DNA of 64,000 nucleotides from an uncultured cyanobacterium (GCA_963703315.1 OY969811.1:352001-416000), one strand, 5' to 3'; counted from the first letter of the stretch, positions 9,587 to 20,996 are shown. Notes: generated by a model not told the origin, from the sequence alone. Numbers and translations are program-made.

Positions 9587-11359
9587 ATGACCGTTAGAGA
9601 AACATTTCGCCGCACCAAAATTGTCGCTACTATTGGTCCCGCAACCAGTAGCCCTGATATGATTCGCCAGCTTATTGAAGCAGGTGCAACAACTTTTCGT
9701 CTGAACTTTTCGCATGGAACCCATGCAGATCACCATCGCAGCATCTGTAATATTCGCCAAGTATCTAGTGAACTAAATCAACCCGTTGGCATTTTACAAG
9801 ATTTACAAGGTCCAAAAATTCGCCTCGGTGTATTTAAAGATGGTCCCATTACCTTAGACAAAGGTGATAAATTTACCCTGACTAGCCGCCAAGTGGCAGG
9901 GACATCAGAAATTAGCTGCATTACTTATGAAACCCTTGCGGAAGAAGTGCCTATTGGCGCGGTCATCATGCTGGATGACGGCAAGGTAGAAATGGTCGTC
10001 GAAGATGTGAATGCAGAATTAGGCGATCTTTATTGTCGTGTGGTTATTGGTGGCACATTATCGAATAACAAAGGTGTCAATTTTCCAAATGTCCACTTAT
10101 CTGTCAGTGCCATGACTGATAAGGATCGTGAAGACTTGCGCTTTGGTTTGTCGGAAGGTGTGGATTGGGTAGCGTTGAGTTTTGTTTGTACACCTGAAGA
10201 TGTACTTGAAGTTAAAGATTTAATTGCTGCCTCAGGGCGTAAAGCTAGCGTCGTTGCCAAAATCGAGAAGCATGAAGCGATCGCCAATATGGAAGCGATT
10301 CTCTCGGTATGTGATGGCGTAATGGTGGCGCGTGGTGATTTGGGTGTAGAAATCCCTGCGGAAGATGTCCCGATCGCCCAAAAGCAATTAATTAAAACTG
10401 CTAATCGTCTTGGTATTCCCGTCATTACGGCAACCCAAATGCTCGATAGCATGGTGAATAATCCCCGTGCGACTCGCGCCGAAATTTCCGATGTAGCCAA
10501 CGCGATCATTGATGGTACTGATGCCGTCATGCTTTCTAATGAAACTGCGGTCGGTAAATATCCAATCTTGGCAGTAGAAACGATGGCAAGAATTGCCGTT
10601 CGCATCGAAAGAGAGCAGGATCTCCAAATGCAACCCCTTGAAAGTATGGGACGTGCAGTTCCTAATGCGATCAGTCAGGCGGTTGGTAGTATTGCGATGC
10701 AACTAAATGCTGCTGCGATCGTGACATTGACCAAAACAGGTTCCACCGCCCGAAACGTTAGCAAATTCCGTCCTCCAATTCCGATTTTGGCAGTTACCCC
10801 TAATGTCCAAGTCGCACGGCGCTTGCAAATGGTTTGGGGTGTACAGCCTCTAGTTCTGATTTCCTTACCATCCGCGAGACAAAACTTTGAAGCAGCACTT
10901 AACCTCGCTCAAGAAATGAAGCTATTAAGTGCAGGCGATCTCGTAGTTATGTCAGCAGGTACATTGCAAGATGTGGCAGGCTCTACAGATTTGATCAAAG
11001 TTGAATTTGTCTCATCGGTCGTTGGTAAAGGCTTAAGCATTGGTTCTGGCATGGTGCATGGTCGGGCAAGGGTTGCATTCCACCATCTTGATGTGCGCGA
11101 TTTTAATGAGGGTGAAATCTTGGTAATCGATCACACCGATGCTGACTATATCGAAGTAATTCGCAAAGCATCGGCTGTCATTACTGAAGAATCTAGCCTT
11201 GATTCCCATGCTGTTGTGATTGGGCGCAGGTTAGGCATCCCAATTCTGGTTGGGGTTAAAAATGCCACAGGTTTTATCCGTGATGGTGAACCACTGAGTG
11301 TTAACTTCAGCAAGGGCATGATCTACTCTGGTTCGCGATCGGACGATCTGACGTTTTAG
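9587..11359 (+). CDS. pyk: Pyruvate kinase with C-terminal PEP-utilising domain
   Basis: RRTKIVATIGPA, RLNFSHG, MVARGDLGVE, ATQMLDSM; C-terminal SHA.V..R.LGIP domain. Confidence 0.97.
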   Translation: MTVRETFRRTKIVATIGPATSSPDMIRQLIEAGATTFRLNFSHGTHADHHRSICNIRQVSSELNQPVGILQDLQGPKIRLGVFKDGPITLDKGDKFTLTSRQVAGTSEISCITYETLAEEVPIGAVIMLDDGKVEMVVEDVNAELGDLYCRVVIGGTLSNNKGVNFPNVHLSVSAMTDKDREDLRFGLSEGVDWVALSFVCTPEDVLEVKDLIAASGRKASVVAKIEKHEAIANMEAILSVCDGVMVARGDLGVEIPAEDVPIAQKQLIKTANRLGIPVITATQMLDSMVNNPRATRAEISDVANAIIDGTDAVMLSNETAVGKYPILAVETMARIAVRIEREQDLQMQPLESMGRAVPNAISQAVGSIAMQLNAAAIVTLTKTGSTARNVSKFRPPIPILAVTPNVQVARRLQMVWGVQPLVLISLPSARQNFEAALNLAQEMKLLSAGDLVVMSAGTLQDVAGSTDLIKVEFVSSVVGKGLSIGSGMVHGRARVAFHHLDVRDFNEGEILVIDHTDADYIEVIRKASAVITEESSLDSHAVVIGRRLGIPILVGVKNATGFIRDGEPLSVNFSKGMIYSGSRSDDLTF

Positions 11360-11407
11360 TTATATTGGATAGAGTGCGTTGCTCTATCCACATTTTTTGA
11401 GTTAATC

Positions 11408-12562
11408 ATGGAAAATTTTGCTTTTTACAATCCCGTCAAAATTCTTTTCGGCAAAGGTCAAATTGCGAGTATTGCCCAAGAAATTCCTACGGGTGCAAAG
11501 GTTCTGGTCACCTATGGTGGCGGTAGCATCAAAAGCAATGGTGTATATGAGCAGGTAAAGACCGCTTTAGCAGGTCATACCTTTCTCGAATTCGGTGGCA
11601 TTGAACCCAATCCCCATCTAGAAACCTTGCTTAAGGCAGTGGAACTCATCCGTTCTGAAGGAATTGATTTCTTGTTAGCGGTAGGTGGTGGTTCTGTGCT
11701 TGATGGCACAAAATTTATTGCCGCAGCAGTTAATTTTGAGGGTGATCCTTGGGATATTTTGGCAAAACAAGCTCCTGTAAAAACAGCCCTTCCCTTGGGT
11801 ACGGTTTTAACTTTGCCTGCCACTGGTTCAGAAATGAATACCAATTCAGTGGTGACAAAATGGGAAACTCAGGAGAAATTATTTTTTGCTAGTCCCTTAG
11901 TATTTCCTAAATTCTCAGTACTCGATCCTGAAACTACTTACTCTCTACCACCGAGACAAATTGGCAATGGTATTGTCGATGCCTTTACCCATGTTGTCGA
12001 GCAGTATTTGACTTATCCTGTCAATGCACCATTACAAGACCGTTGGGCAGAGTCCATTCTCCAAACCTTGATCGAAGAAGGACCTAAAACCTTAGCTAAT
12101 CCTCATGATTATGAGTCACGGGCAAATGTGGTCTGGGCTGCAACTTTGGCACTGAATGGACTGATCGGTGCAGGTGTGCCGCAGGACTGGACAACCCACA
12201 TGATCGGACATGAGTTAACAGCACTGCATGGTCTTGATCATGCTCAAACTCTAGCGGTGGTTTTGCCAAATACTCTGACAGTAACGCGCGATCGCAAACG
12301 TGAAAAGCTCTTGCAATATGCGTCAAGGGTTTGGGGGCTAGTCGATGGTACTGAAGAATCACGTATTGATCAAGCAATTCAGAAAACCCGCGACTTTTTT
12401 GAATCCGTCGGTGTGCGTACGAAGCTCTCCGATTACGGTGTGGGCTTAGATGTAATTCCGTTAATCACCGATCGCTTTGAGAAACGTGGTTTTGTGGCTC
12501 TAGGCGAACATCAAGATGTCACGCCTAAGGTTGTGGAACAAATTTTAGCGCTTTGCGCTTAA
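11408..12562 (+). CDS. Iron-containing alcohol dehydrogenase (YqhD/butanol dehydrogenase-like)
   Basis: GGGSVLDGTK, TLPATGSEMN, HMIGHELTALHGLDHA. Confidence 0.92.
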   Translation: MENFAFYNPVKILFGKGQIASIAQEIPTGAKVLVTYGGGSIKSNGVYEQVKTALAGHTFLEFGGIEPNPHLETLLKAVELIRSEGIDFLLAVGGGSVLDGTKFIAAAVNFEGDPWDILAKQAPVKTALPLGTVLTLPATGSEMNTNSVVTKWETQEKLFFASPLVFPKFSVLDPETTYSLPPRQIGNGIVDAFTHVVEQYLTYPVNAPLQDRWAESILQTLIEEGPKTLANPHDYESRANVVWAATLALNGLIGAGVPQDWTTHMIGHELTALHGLDHAQTLAVVLPNTLTVTRDRKREKLLQYASRVWGLVDGTEESRIDQAIQKTRDFFESVGVRTKLSDYGVGLDVIPLITDRFEKRGFVALGEHQDVTPKVVEQILALCA

Positions 12563-12613
12563 CTCCTAAAAGTGCTGCAAAGCAGCACTTTTATTTATTT
12601 AATGTTGACGTAT

Positions 12614-13081
12614 ATGACCCAAAAACTACTATTTGTTTGTTTAGGAAATATTTGCCGATCGCCTGCTGCGGAAAATATCATGAATCATTTGATTGCACGA
12701 GAAGGACTAACAGAGCAATTTAGCTGTGATTCCGCAGGTACAGGTGGCTGGCACGTGGGCGCACCACCTGATCGCCGTATGCGAGCCGCCGCTAAAGAAC
12801 GTGGGTTAGATTTTATTGGTTCCGCCAGACAATTTGAGGCGATCGACTTACGCGAGTTTGATTTAATTCTGGCAATGGATAAAGATAATTACCGCAATAT
12901 TCTCGCTCTTGATCCGCAAGGTAAATTTAGGGACAAAGTAAAAATGATGTGTGATTATTGCCAAACACATAGTGATAAAGAAGTTCCTGATCCTTACTAT
13001 GGTGGTGCAGATGGTTTTAACTATGTCATTGATCTACTATTCGATGCCTGTAGTGGACTTCTCAAATCCCTCAAACCTTAA
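12614..13081 (+). CDS. Low molecular weight protein-tyrosine phosphatase
   Basis: FVCLGNICRSP P-loop, VPDPYYG. Confidence 0.95.
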   Translation: MTQKLLFVCLGNICRSPAAENIMNHLIAREGLTEQFSCDSAGTGGWHVGAPPDRRMRAAAKERGLDFIGSARQFEAIDLREFDLILAMDKDNYRNILALDPQGKFRDKVKMMCDYCQTHSDKEVPDPYYGGADGFNYVIDLLFDACSGLLKSLKP

Positions 13082-13102
13082 ACTAAACTTCGGTACAGAG
13101 AA

Positions 13103-13999
13103 ATGACAGAAACAAAAGCATTGAAATACGCCTACTATTCTGGCTGCGTTGCCAAAGGTGCTTGCAAAGAACTTCACGCATCGACCACTGCGATCGCCCA
13201 AGCCTTAGGTATTGAATTAGTGGAATTAACTAAGGCAACCTGTTGCGGCTCAGGGACATTCAAAGAGACCGATGAGCTAATGGAAGATGTCGTCAATGCT
13301 CGTAATATTTCTCTTGCCGAAGAATTAAATCTCACTGTGATGACGCAATGTAGCACATGTCAGGGTGTACTTGGACGTGTCAATGATAAGCTCAAAAGTT
13401 CAGAAACTAGTCGCAAAGATGAAGTCAATGCCCTGCTTAATACTCAAGGTCATAATTTTCAAGGTTCGACCGAAGTATTGCATTTACTTTGGATTCTCAT
13501 TCGTGACTATGGTTTAGAAAATATTGCTGCTAAAGTCACTCGTTCTCTCGCAAATCTCAAATGTGCTTCCTTTTATGGATGTTATTTATTGCGATCGCAA
13601 ACTGTTACCCGCTTTGACGATCCTTATAAACCCGAATCCCTAGAAAATATTTTTCGTACTGTCGGCGCAACTCCTGTCTATTATGAAGGGCGTGTCCAGT
13701 GCTGTGGCTGGCCAATTTCCAGTTATGCGCCCAAAGAATCTTTCTCAATGGCAGGAAGACACCTCAGTGCCGCGATCGCCGCAGGTGCTGATTGTATCGT
13801 CACTCCATGCCCTCTCTGTCACTTAAACCTCGATTCCCGTCAGCCTGAAGTCGAGAAGGTAATTGGTCAAAAACTTGGCATTCCGATTTTGCACTTACCA
13901 CAGTTGATTGGCTTAGCGATCGGTATCGATCCTAAAGTTCTGGGCTTAGATCGCCACATCGTTTCCACAAGCTCAATTTTGCAAAAAATCACCAAGTAA
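13103..13999 (+). CDS. HdrB-like CCG-domain protein (cyanobacterial succinate dehydrogenase anchor type)
   Basis: Two CCG domains: YYSGC..TCCG..CSTC and FYGC..QCCG..CPLC. Confidence 0.85.
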   Translation: MTETKALKYAYYSGCVAKGACKELHASTTAIAQALGIELVELTKATCCGSGTFKETDELMEDVVNARNISLAEELNLTVMTQCSTCQGVLGRVNDKLKSSETSRKDEVNALLNTQGHNFQGSTEVLHLLWILIRDYGLENIAAKVTRSLANLKCASFYGCYLLRSQTVTRFDDPYKPESLENIFRTVGATPVYYEGRVQCCGWPISSYAPKESFSMAGRHLSAAIAAGADCIVTPCPLCHLNLDSRQPEVEKVIGQKLGIPILHLPQLIGLAIGIDPKVLGLDRHIVSTSSILQKITK

Positions 14000-14034
14000 A
14001 AAGGCGTTGCACATATTCATAATGACAATCAAAA

Positions 14035-14138
14035 TAAGTAGATAGGCATAAGTAAACTTAAAACCTAGAAGCTTGTACCGCCCGCTACGCGGGCGGTACA
14101 AGCTCTGGTTTTGGGTTTTAACTATGCTGAGCTACTTA
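14035..14138. mobile_element. MITE-like element (TAAGTAG...CTACTTA termini) with internal hairpin
   Basis: Imperfect TIRs; internal GCTTGTACCGCCCGC-ta-CGCGGGCGGTACAAGC hairpin; related 104-bp copy at 17682-17785. Confidence 0.65.
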
Positions 14139-14157
14139 GTCAAGCAAGTTAAGACAT

Positions 14158-14210
14158 AAAACCCAAAAGAGAGTTGCGGCGCTTCGCGCCGCAACTCTCT
14201 TTTGGGTTTT
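14158..14210. repeat. Dispersed palindromic repeat family with mini-hairpin cores (representative copy)
   Basis: AAAACCCAAAAGAGAGTTGCGGCGC-ttc-GCGCCGCAACTCTCTTTTGGGTTTT; relatives near 4751, 9469, 14499, 17589, 19667, 38778, 40912, 41740, 41789, 42383, 44983, 50607, 51859, 53519, 61379, 63400. Confidence 0.9.
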
Positions 14211-14334
14211 GGGTTTGTCCTAACATAACTGACTAAAGCTATAACATTATGTGCAACGCCGCTTTCAAAAAATTGCATCAAAAATATTTGACAAACTGTA
14301 CCATCATCGTTGTAAGATATAAATCCTGAAGTCA

Positions 14335-14418
14335 GGGCGAATGGCGGAATTGGTAGACGCATCAGACTCAAAATCTGACGACAGCGATGTCATGAGAGTT
14401 CGATTCTCTCTTTGCCCA
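14335..14418 (+). tRNA. trnL: tRNA-Leu (anticodon CAA)
   Basis: GGGCGAA/TTTGCCC acceptor, TGGCGGAATTGGTAGACGC D-arm, TCAGA-CTCAAAA-TCTGA anticodon arm, long variable arm, GTTCGAT T-loop. Confidence 0.95.
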
Positions 14419-14543
14419 TAACAAAAAACTCAATAAGTAACAAGTACTTCTAAGTATCAAAGTTGCTTTTCTATAGCACTTTGCAAGCAAGGTACAGAGG
14501 ATTGTTTCCCCGCCGAAGGCGGGGAAACAATCCCATACTTCAT

Positions 14544-17500
14544 TTACGAATCGTAAGCTTCTATGGGTAGGCAAGAGCAAACAAAATTGCGATCGCCAAA
14601 AGCATTATCAATGCGTCCCACACTTGCCCAGAATTTATGCTCCTTGAGCCAAGGTGCAGGATAGGCGGCTTGATGGCGGCTATAGGCGTGTGACCAATCA
14701 TCGGCTAATAAGGTTTCAGCAGTATGCGGTGCATTTTTAAGCGGATTATCCAGCTTGTCGAGATCACCAGAGGCGATCGCATTTACCTCTTGCTTAATGG
14801 CGATCATCGCATCACAGAAGCGATCGAGTTCCGCTTTCGATTCACTTTCCGTTGGCTCGATCATCATCGTTCCCGCCACTGGCCAAGAAACCGTCGGCGC
14901 ATGGAAGCCATAGTCCATCAAGCGCTTGGCAATATCATCCACCTCGATTCCTGCAATATTCTTACAATCATGGAGGTCAATAATACATTCATGGGCAACT
15001 AAGCCATTTTTGCCTGTATAGAGAATTGGATAGTGGGTTGCAAGACGTTGAGCCATATAGTTAGCATTGAGAATCGCTACTTCTGTCGCCAGTTTCAAAC
15101 CTTTCGCTCCCATCAAAGCAATATATACCCAAGAGATCGTGAGAATACTCGCACTACCCCAGGGAGCCGCCGAAATTGTATTTGGTTCTACAACTTCTGC
15201 AAAAGGATGATTTGGTAAAAATGGAACTAATTGGGGAGCGACACAAATTGGTCCCATCCCTGGTCCACCACCACCGTGAGGAATGCAAAAAGTCTTATGC
15301 AGGTTCAAATGACAGACATCCGCACCGATATCTCCCGGACGACAGAGACCGACTTGAGCATTCATATTCGCGCCATCCATATATACTTGTCCACCGTAAT
15401 AGTGAACGATATCGCAAATATCCTTAATCGATTCCTCAAATACGCCATGAGTAGAAGGATAAGTCACCATCAAGGCGGCGAGTTCATGCTGATGTTTTTC
15501 GGCTTTTGCCTTGAGGTCAGCAACATCAATATTGCCTTCGCGATCGCAATTTACAGTAACCACCTTCATCCCTGCCATGACAGCACTCGCAGGGTTTGTA
15601 CCATGCGCTGAGGTGGGAATTAGGCAAATATGGCGATTGGTTTGACCACGATGTTGATGGTAGGCGCGAATTGTGAGTAAACCTGCATATTCACCCTGAG
15701 ATCCTGCATTCGGCTGAAGTGATACACCTGCAAAACCCGTAATTTCCGCAAGCCAAGTTTCCAATTGTTGAAATAGAATTTGATAGCCTTGGGTTTGCTC
15801 CAATGGCACAAAGGGATGAATATTCCCAAATTCTGCCCATGTCACAGGAAGCATCTCAGAAGTAGCATTGAGCTTCATCGTACAGGAACCAAGGGGAATC
15901 ATCGATGTAGTCAGCGATAAATCTTTCGATTGGAGACGATAGATATAGCGTAATAATTCTGATTCGGAATGATAGGAATTGAATGTAGGATGGGTGAGGT
16001 AAGGAGAATTACGAATTAGGGAATTGGGAATTACGAATTCCTGACTCGTAATTCGTAATTCGTAATTCGTAATTTCTAATTGTTCTTCAGCAAATATAGA
16101 AATGAGATCAAGCAAATCCTGTTTAGAGACGGTTTCATCGAGACTGATGGCGATCGCATTATCTGCTAAATACCGTAGATTAATTTGTTTGGCGGCGGCT
16201 CTAGTTTTAATTTCATCGCTAGAGATTCCCTTTAGCTCAATGCGAATTGTATCGAAGAAAGCTTGATGCGTAACTGTATGACCAAGATCGGCGATCGCTT
16301 GGGCAAGGCTTGCAGTTAAAAGATTGACACGCTGAGCAATCCGTTTTAATCCTTCAGCACCGTGATAAACCGCATACATACTCGCCATAATTGCCAGCAG
16401 TACCTGAGCCGTACAAATATTGCTAGTTGCCTTATCGCGGCGAATATGTTGCTCGCGGGTTTGCAATGCGAGACGTAACGCAGGACGACCATGTACATCT
16501 TTAGAAACTCCCACTAAGCGTCCCGGCATTTGTCGTTTGTAAGCTTCCTTAGTTGCCATGTAAGCAGCGTGAGGACCACCATAACCAAAGGGAACGCCAA
16601 ATCTCTGGGCGCTACCGATTGCAATATCTGCACCCAATTCCGCAGGAGATTTAATCAATGTGAGTGCTAATAAATCAGCAGCAACGATCGCTAAACCACC
16701 CTGAGCATGAATTTGCGAAATAACCTCTGTGTAGTCATAGATTGCGCCATCGCTAGCAGGATATTGCAATAAAGCGCCAAAGTAATTCTTATCAAATACC
16801 ACTTGATCATGCTTGGCAATCACTACTTCAATCCCCAAGGGAATTGCACGGGTTTTGACAACAGCGATCGTTTGGGGATGACAATCGCTGGATACAAAGA
16901 ACTTATTCCCCTTATTCTTAGCGATTCCCGCCGCCATTGTCATCGCTTCCGCCGCCGCCGTTCCTTCATCTAAAAGGGAAGCATTAGCAATCTCTAAACC
17001 TGTCAAATCGATAATCATAGTTTGGAAATTGAGCAGAGCCTCCAAACGACCTTGAGCAATTTCGGCTTGATAAGGTGTGTACTGCGTATACCACCCCGGA
17101 TTTTCTAAAATATTGCGTTGAATAATCGGTGGTGTGATGCAGTTGTAATAGCCTGTACCGATATACGATCGCCAAACTTGGTTTTTCGAGGCGATCGCCT
17201 TTAATTCTTGTAACAGTTCATATTCCCCGCGTGCTTCCCCTAGTTGCAATGGCTGCTTAATTCTGATCGCCGCAGGCACGGTCTTATCAATCATTTCATC
17301 AAGAGAGTCGCAGCCGATCGCCATTAACATCTGCTGAATTTCTGAAGAGCTTGCACCGATATGACGACGAACAAAGCTATCGGTTGGTGCAAACGCATCG
17401 TCACTGAGGCAATCTGCTAGATAGTCATCATGTTCGGTATTAGTTGAAAAGACTGGAACCCCCAATTCTTTTATTTCTGTGGTTTCTGTAATCGAAGAAT

Positions 17501-17576
17501 CTTGGGTTGTCACGGTAAGCGAAGGTTCCAACATAGATTTTGTAACTTGTGTATATATAGCTGTCGCCATTTGCAT
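14544..17576 (-). CDS. gcvP: Glycine dehydrogenase (glycine cleavage P protein)
   Basis: [37 protein letters not shown] lysine; exact start uncertain. Confidence 0.97.
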   Translation of the reverse strand: MQMATAIYTQVTKSMLEPSLTVTTQDSSITETTEIKELGVPVFSTNTEHDDYLADCLSDDAFAPTDSFVRRHIGASSSEIQQMLMAIGCDSLDEMIDKTVPAAIRIKQPLQLGEARGEYELLQELKAIASKNQVWRSYIGTGYYNCITPPIIQRNILENPGWYTQYTPYQAEIAQGRLEALLNFQTMIIDLTGLEIANASLLDEGTAAAEAMTMAAGIAKNKGNKFFVSSDCHPQTIAVVKTRAIPLGIEVVIAKHDQVVFDKNYFGALLQYPASDGAIYDYTEVISQIHAQGGLAIVAADLLALTLIKSPAELGADIAIGSAQRFGVPFGYGGPHAAYMATKEAYKRQMPGRLVGVSKDVHGRPALRLALQTREQHIRRDKATSNICTAQVLLAIMASMYAVYHGAEGLKRIAQRVNLLTASLAQAIADLGHTVTHQAFFDTIRIELKGISSDEIKTRAAAKQINLRYLADNAIAISLDETVSKQDLLDLISIFAEEQLEITNYELRITSQEFVIPNSLIRNSPYLTHPTFNSYHSESELLRYIYRLQSKDLSLTTSMIPLGSCTMKLNATSEMLPVTWAEFGNIHPFVPLEQTQGYQILFQQLETWLAEITGFAGVSLQPNAGSQGEYAGLLTIRAYHQHRGQTNRHICLIPTSAHGTNPASAVMAGMKVVTVNCDREGNIDVADLKAKAEKHQHELAALMVTYPSTHGVFEESIKDICDIVHYYGGQVYMDGANMNAQVGLCRPGDIGADVCHLNLHKTFCIPHGGGGPGMGPICVAPQLVPFLPNHPFAEVVEPNTISAAPWGSASILTISWVYIALMGAKGLKLATEVAILNANYMAQRLATHYPILYTGKNGLVAHECIIDLHDCKNIAGIEVDDIAKRLMDYGFHAPTVSWPVAGTMMIEPTESESKAELDRFCDAMIAIKQEVNAIASGDLDKLDNPLKNAPHTAETLLADDWSHAYSRHQAAYPAPWLKEHKFWASVGRIDNAFGDRNFVCSCLPIEAYDS
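16006..16074. repeat. Heptamer tandem repeats (CGTAATT / AATTACG, STRR-like) in frame inside gcvP
   Basis: ctcgtaattcgtaattcgtaattcgtaatt plus inverted aattacgaatt copies; encodes ITNYELRIT...[10 protein letters not shown]. Confidence 0.8.
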
Positions 17577-17681
17577 TAGGACAAATCAAAAACTCAGAAG
17601 TGAGTGGCGGCACTTCGCGCCGCCACTCACTTCTAGTTTTGTATCTTGCATCTATGCTATTACAAAATTATTACAAAGTGT

Positions 17682-17785
17682 TAAGTAGCTGGACATAATT
17701 AAAAACCAGAGCAACAACCTGTGGCACACGCTGCGCGTGCGCCACAGGTTGTTGGGTTTTATATTTAATTGCGCCCAGCTACTTA
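17682..17785. mobile_element. MITE-like element, same family as 14035-14138
   Basis: TAAGTAGCTGGACATAATTAAA ... TTTAATTGCGCCCAGCTACTTA TIRs, internal CAACAACCTGTGGC...GCCACAGGTTGTTG hairpin. Confidence 0.7.
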
Positions 17786-17952
17786 CGCATATCTAAAAAA
17801 GGAGCGACAACACAAAGCTATCTTTTTAAGTTTGACGATCTGATGATGAGCCTAATAGCAATATTATTCATCGAAAATAATCTTGCTTAAAACTTTGTAA
17901 AGTTTAGTACAATGCTTAATATTCCTCTTGGTAAGTATTTAGACTTATTGAC

Positions 17953-19665
17953 ATGACACTAGACCAATTCCCTTGGCTTACCGCGATCGTCCTGCTGCCC
18001 CTCGTAGCTTCGTTACTAATCCCCATATTGCCAGACAAAGAAGGCAAAACTGTGCGTTGGTATGCATTAGGTGTAGGCATCGCTGATTTTATTTTGATGT
18101 GCTATGCCTTTTGGAAGAACTACGATCCGAGCAGTGCAACGTTTCAACTCACGGAAAAGTACAATTGGATACCCCAACTAGGTCTGAGTTGGTCGGTTTC
18201 AGTTGATGGAATATCTGCTCCTTTAGTGATATTGGCAGGACTAGTAACTACGCTGTCAATATTTGCCGCATGGCAAGTCAATATTAAACCCCGCTTATTT
18301 TATTTTCTACTGTTAATCCTTTACTCCGCTCAGATTGGTGTATTTGTTGCCCAAGATCTGCTGATGTTCTTCATCATGTGGGAAGTGGAATTAATTCCTG
18401 TATATCTGCTCGTTTCGATTTGGGGTGGTCAAAAACGTCAATATGCTGCGACTAAGTTTTTGCTTTATACCGCCGCCGCTTCAATTTTTATTCTGGTAGC
18501 AGGGCTAGCGATGGCTCTCTATGGCAATAACCTTACCTTTGACATTGCGGAGCTAGCACTTAAGGAGTTTCCCCTTGCCTTAGAGCTTCCACTATATGCA
18601 GGTTTGTTAATTGCTTTTGGGGTGAAACTAGCTATTTTCCCATTACATACTTGGTTGCCTGATGCTCACGGTGAAGCATCTTCCCCTGTATCAATGATCT
18701 TGGCAGGTGTCTTGTTAAAAATGGGTGGTTATGGCTTAATTCGTCTAAATATGGGATTACTTGACCAAGCTCATGTTTATTTTGCGCCGATTCTGGCTAC
18801 GTTAGGGGTGATCAATATTGTCTATGGTGCAGTAAATTCTTTTGCTCAAACCAACATGAAGCGCCGCCTTGCTTTCTCATCGGTCTCACACATGGGATTT
18901 GTGTTGATCGGGCTAGCATCCTTTACCGATTTGGGTATTAGCGGGGCAATGCTGCAAATGATTTCACACGGGTTGATTGCTTCAGTGTTGTTCTTCCTTG
19001 CTGGTGTTACTTACGATCGCACCCATACGATGTTATTGAACGAGATGGGTTATATCGGAAAAGTCATGCCAAAGGTGTTTGCTCTGTTCACTGTGGGCGC
19101 ATTAGCATCGCTCGCCTTGCCCGGAATGAGTGGTTTTGCTAGTGAAATCTCGATCTTTATGGGTATCACTACTAGCGATGTTTATAGTTCGACTTTCCGT
19201 ACTGTGACGGTTTTCCTAGCTGCTATTGGGGTCATTCTCACGCCGATTTATCTACTTTCCATGTTGCGTCAGATTTTCTACGCCTGTGAGGGCAATCCTG
19301 TTTGTGACATTAATCCTTCCTGCGATTTGTCTGACATTACCCTTAAGTCTCAAGGTAATCAGGATGTGGTTTGTTTTGGTACAAGCTGTGCTTTACCGAT
19401 TGACTCTGATTTTAGTGATGCCCAGCCTCGCGAAATTTTTATCGCCCTCTGTTTTATCGTTCCCATCATTGCGATCGGTGCTTATCCTAAACTTGCCACC
19501 AATTTTTATGATGCGACGACAGTGGCAATTAATTCGCAAATGCGTCTTGCCCATGAACAGGTTGCTTTGACTAAGAATGCTGGAGCGGAAATAGTTGCTC
19601 AGCAATCTGCTTTTCCTGTACTTTCTGAGGCTACTCCCTTGTCAACCAAAAAACACGCATTGTGA
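17953..19665 (+). CDS. ndhD: NAD(P)H-quinone oxidoreductase subunit 4 (NdhD, probably the NdhD2 type)
   Basis: [43 protein letters not shown]; Cys-rich C-terminal insert. Confidence 0.93.
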   Translation: MTLDQFPWLTAIVLLPLVASLLIPILPDKEGKTVRWYALGVGIADFILMCYAFWKNYDPSSATFQLTEKYNWIPQLGLSWSVSVDGISAPLVILAGLVTTLSIFAAWQVNIKPRLFYFLLLILYSAQIGVFVAQDLLMFFIMWEVELIPVYLLVSIWGGQKRQYAATKFLLYTAAASIFILVAGLAMALYGNNLTFDIAELALKEFPLALELPLYAGLLIAFGVKLAIFPLHTWLPDAHGEASSPVSMILAGVLLKMGGYGLIRLNMGLLDQAHVYFAPILATLGVINIVYGAVNSFAQTNMKRRLAFSSVSHMGFVLIGLASFTDLGISGAMLQMISHGLIASVLFFLAGVTYDRTHTMLLNEMGYIGKVMPKVFALFTVGALASLALPGMSGFASEISIFMGITTSDVYSSTFRTVTVFLAAIGVILTPIYLLSMLRQIFYACEGNPVCDINPSCDLSDITLKSQGNQDVVCFGTSCALPIDSDFSDAQPREIFIALCFIVPIIAIGAYPKLATNFYDATTVAINSQMRLAHEQVALTKNAGAEIVAQQSAFPVLSEATPLSTKKHAL

Positions 19666-19745
19666 ATTGAATAATTAGGCGTGCGCGACTTCGCCGCGCA
19701 CGCCTAATTATTCATGGAGTAAAGCAAATTTGGTTTTAGCGATTA

Positions 19746-19845
19746 ATACCAATTCACGAAAGTGTGACCACACTTTTGTGAATTAAAAACCAAACCTAGT
19801 AAGGGTTCTCAAAACTAAAAATGGCGTAGCCATTTTTAGTTTTGG
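19746..19845. repeat. Composite two-hairpin repeat; inverted second copy at about 61262-61366
   Basis: AATTCAC..AAAGTGTG..CACACTTTTGTGAATT + linker + AAAACTAAAAATGGC-gta-GCCATTTTTAGTTTT; the WYL stop codon lies inside it. Confidence 0.8.
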
Positions 19846-20996
19846 TATAAATAAAGGTCGGCAAGTCTTTGGGCTGCTTGAGCTTGCTGATTTGCCAAAC
19901 TTTTAGGAGCAAGAACGATCGCATTATCCATAAAGCGATTGACCCAGCGACTAAATTCACTTAGCGATCGCTCTGGTAGCGAAATACTGTAATCGATATA
20001 ATCAGGCTTCCCTCTTCGATCAATCAATTGAGAAATATGTCTTTTTTCTCCCTCTTCGATAAAGGCAATTACAGGTGCGAAAAAACGTATCTTAACTTGA
20101 ATATATTCTAGAGTTCCTGCAAGCTCTCTAACTTGGTCAGATGGTTCACCGAGAAACAAACCCCAACCTTTTTTAAACAGATTCATTGCCACAGTTAAAC
20201 TTGTTTTTTGGAGATCCGTTCCTCTAGGCTGATTAACGAATTGGATCTGGTCAGTGAAGCGATCGATCCGTTCGATTTCTAAATGACCATTATCGACGTA
20301 CTCATAGAGCAAATACCAAGCAATATCGTGATAAATCAATTGCAATGGGAAGACTTGTAAATATCCGATTTTATGGCTATAGGGATCGGTATAACGATAG
20401 ATGGTGATTGCTTGCCCGATCGCGATCGCTTCTTCAACTTGATCTAAACAATGATAAAGGTTGTAGCGATTTTTCTTGATATCTAGCATTTCATCAAGGT
20501 CAGTGTAGATAATCGCTCGATCTATTTGCGATCGCACGGGATAGAGATAGTCTGTGGATTCTAATATTTGTTTGCCGCGCAGTTTCTTTTCGAGTTCTTG
20601 GTAAATACGGATCGCTTGTGGCGATCGCTGATATTTTGCCATAGATGCTAGGGCGTTGAGCGCTACTTGCAAGTCTTTAAATGACATCACTCCTGTTCCT
20701 AAGAAGTAGCCCCAACGATAAATTCGCTTTTCTAAAAGACCATATTTACGGAGTGTAACTAAGTCTTTGCGAAGGGTGGGAATGGAATATTTAGTTAAGG
20801 AAATATTGTATTGTTGGGCAACTTCATAAACTTTTGCTTGAACGGCTTCTAGGGATTCATGGGCAGATTGGGAGTTATTGCCGATGCGATCTGGGCAGCC
20901 GATGCCAGGGTAATGAATGAAAGTGGCGATGAGGAGAAGGAGTCGCTCAAAGGCTTGGCGATCGCTGTAGGGATGTAAGTTACTAGTCTTCGGCAT
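19836..20996 (-). CDS. WYL domain transcriptional regulator, divergent from the cmr operon
   Basis: N-terminal FERLLLLIA / wHTH-like TLRKDL..LR.YG, PLQLIYHDIAWYL...RIDR WYL domain, C-terminal WCX-like region. Confidence 0.9.
   Translation of the reverse strand: MPKTSNLHPYSDRQAFERLLLLIATFIHYPGIGCPDRIGNNSQSAHESLEAVQAKVYEVAQQYNISLTKYSIPTLRKDLVTLRKYGLLEKRIYRWGYFLGTGVMSFKDLQVALNALASMAKYQRSPQAIRIYQELEKKLRGKQILESTDYLYPVRSQIDRAIIYTDLDEMLDIKKNRYNLYHCLDQVEEAIAIGQAITIYRYTDPYSHKIGYLQVFPLQLIYHDIAWYLLYEYVDNGHLEIERIDRFTDQIQFVNQPRGTDLQKTSLTVAMNLFKKGWGLFLGEPSDQVRELAGTLEYIQVKIRFFAPVIAFIEEGEKRHISQLIDRRGKPDYIDYSISLPERSLSEFSRWVNRFMDNAIVLAPKSLANQQAQAAQRLADLYLYQN

Noticed and set aside
14288..14318. TTGACA...TAAGAT promoter for tRNA-Leu
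   Set aside because: The 19-nt spacing is suboptimal; plausible but not supportable.
17577..17952. Glycine riboswitch or RpaB HLR1 site upstream of gcvP/ndhD
   Set aside because: No riboswitch motifs seen. The TTACAAA repeats at ~17660 are spaced 11 nt rather than 10, and most of the region is palindromic elements.
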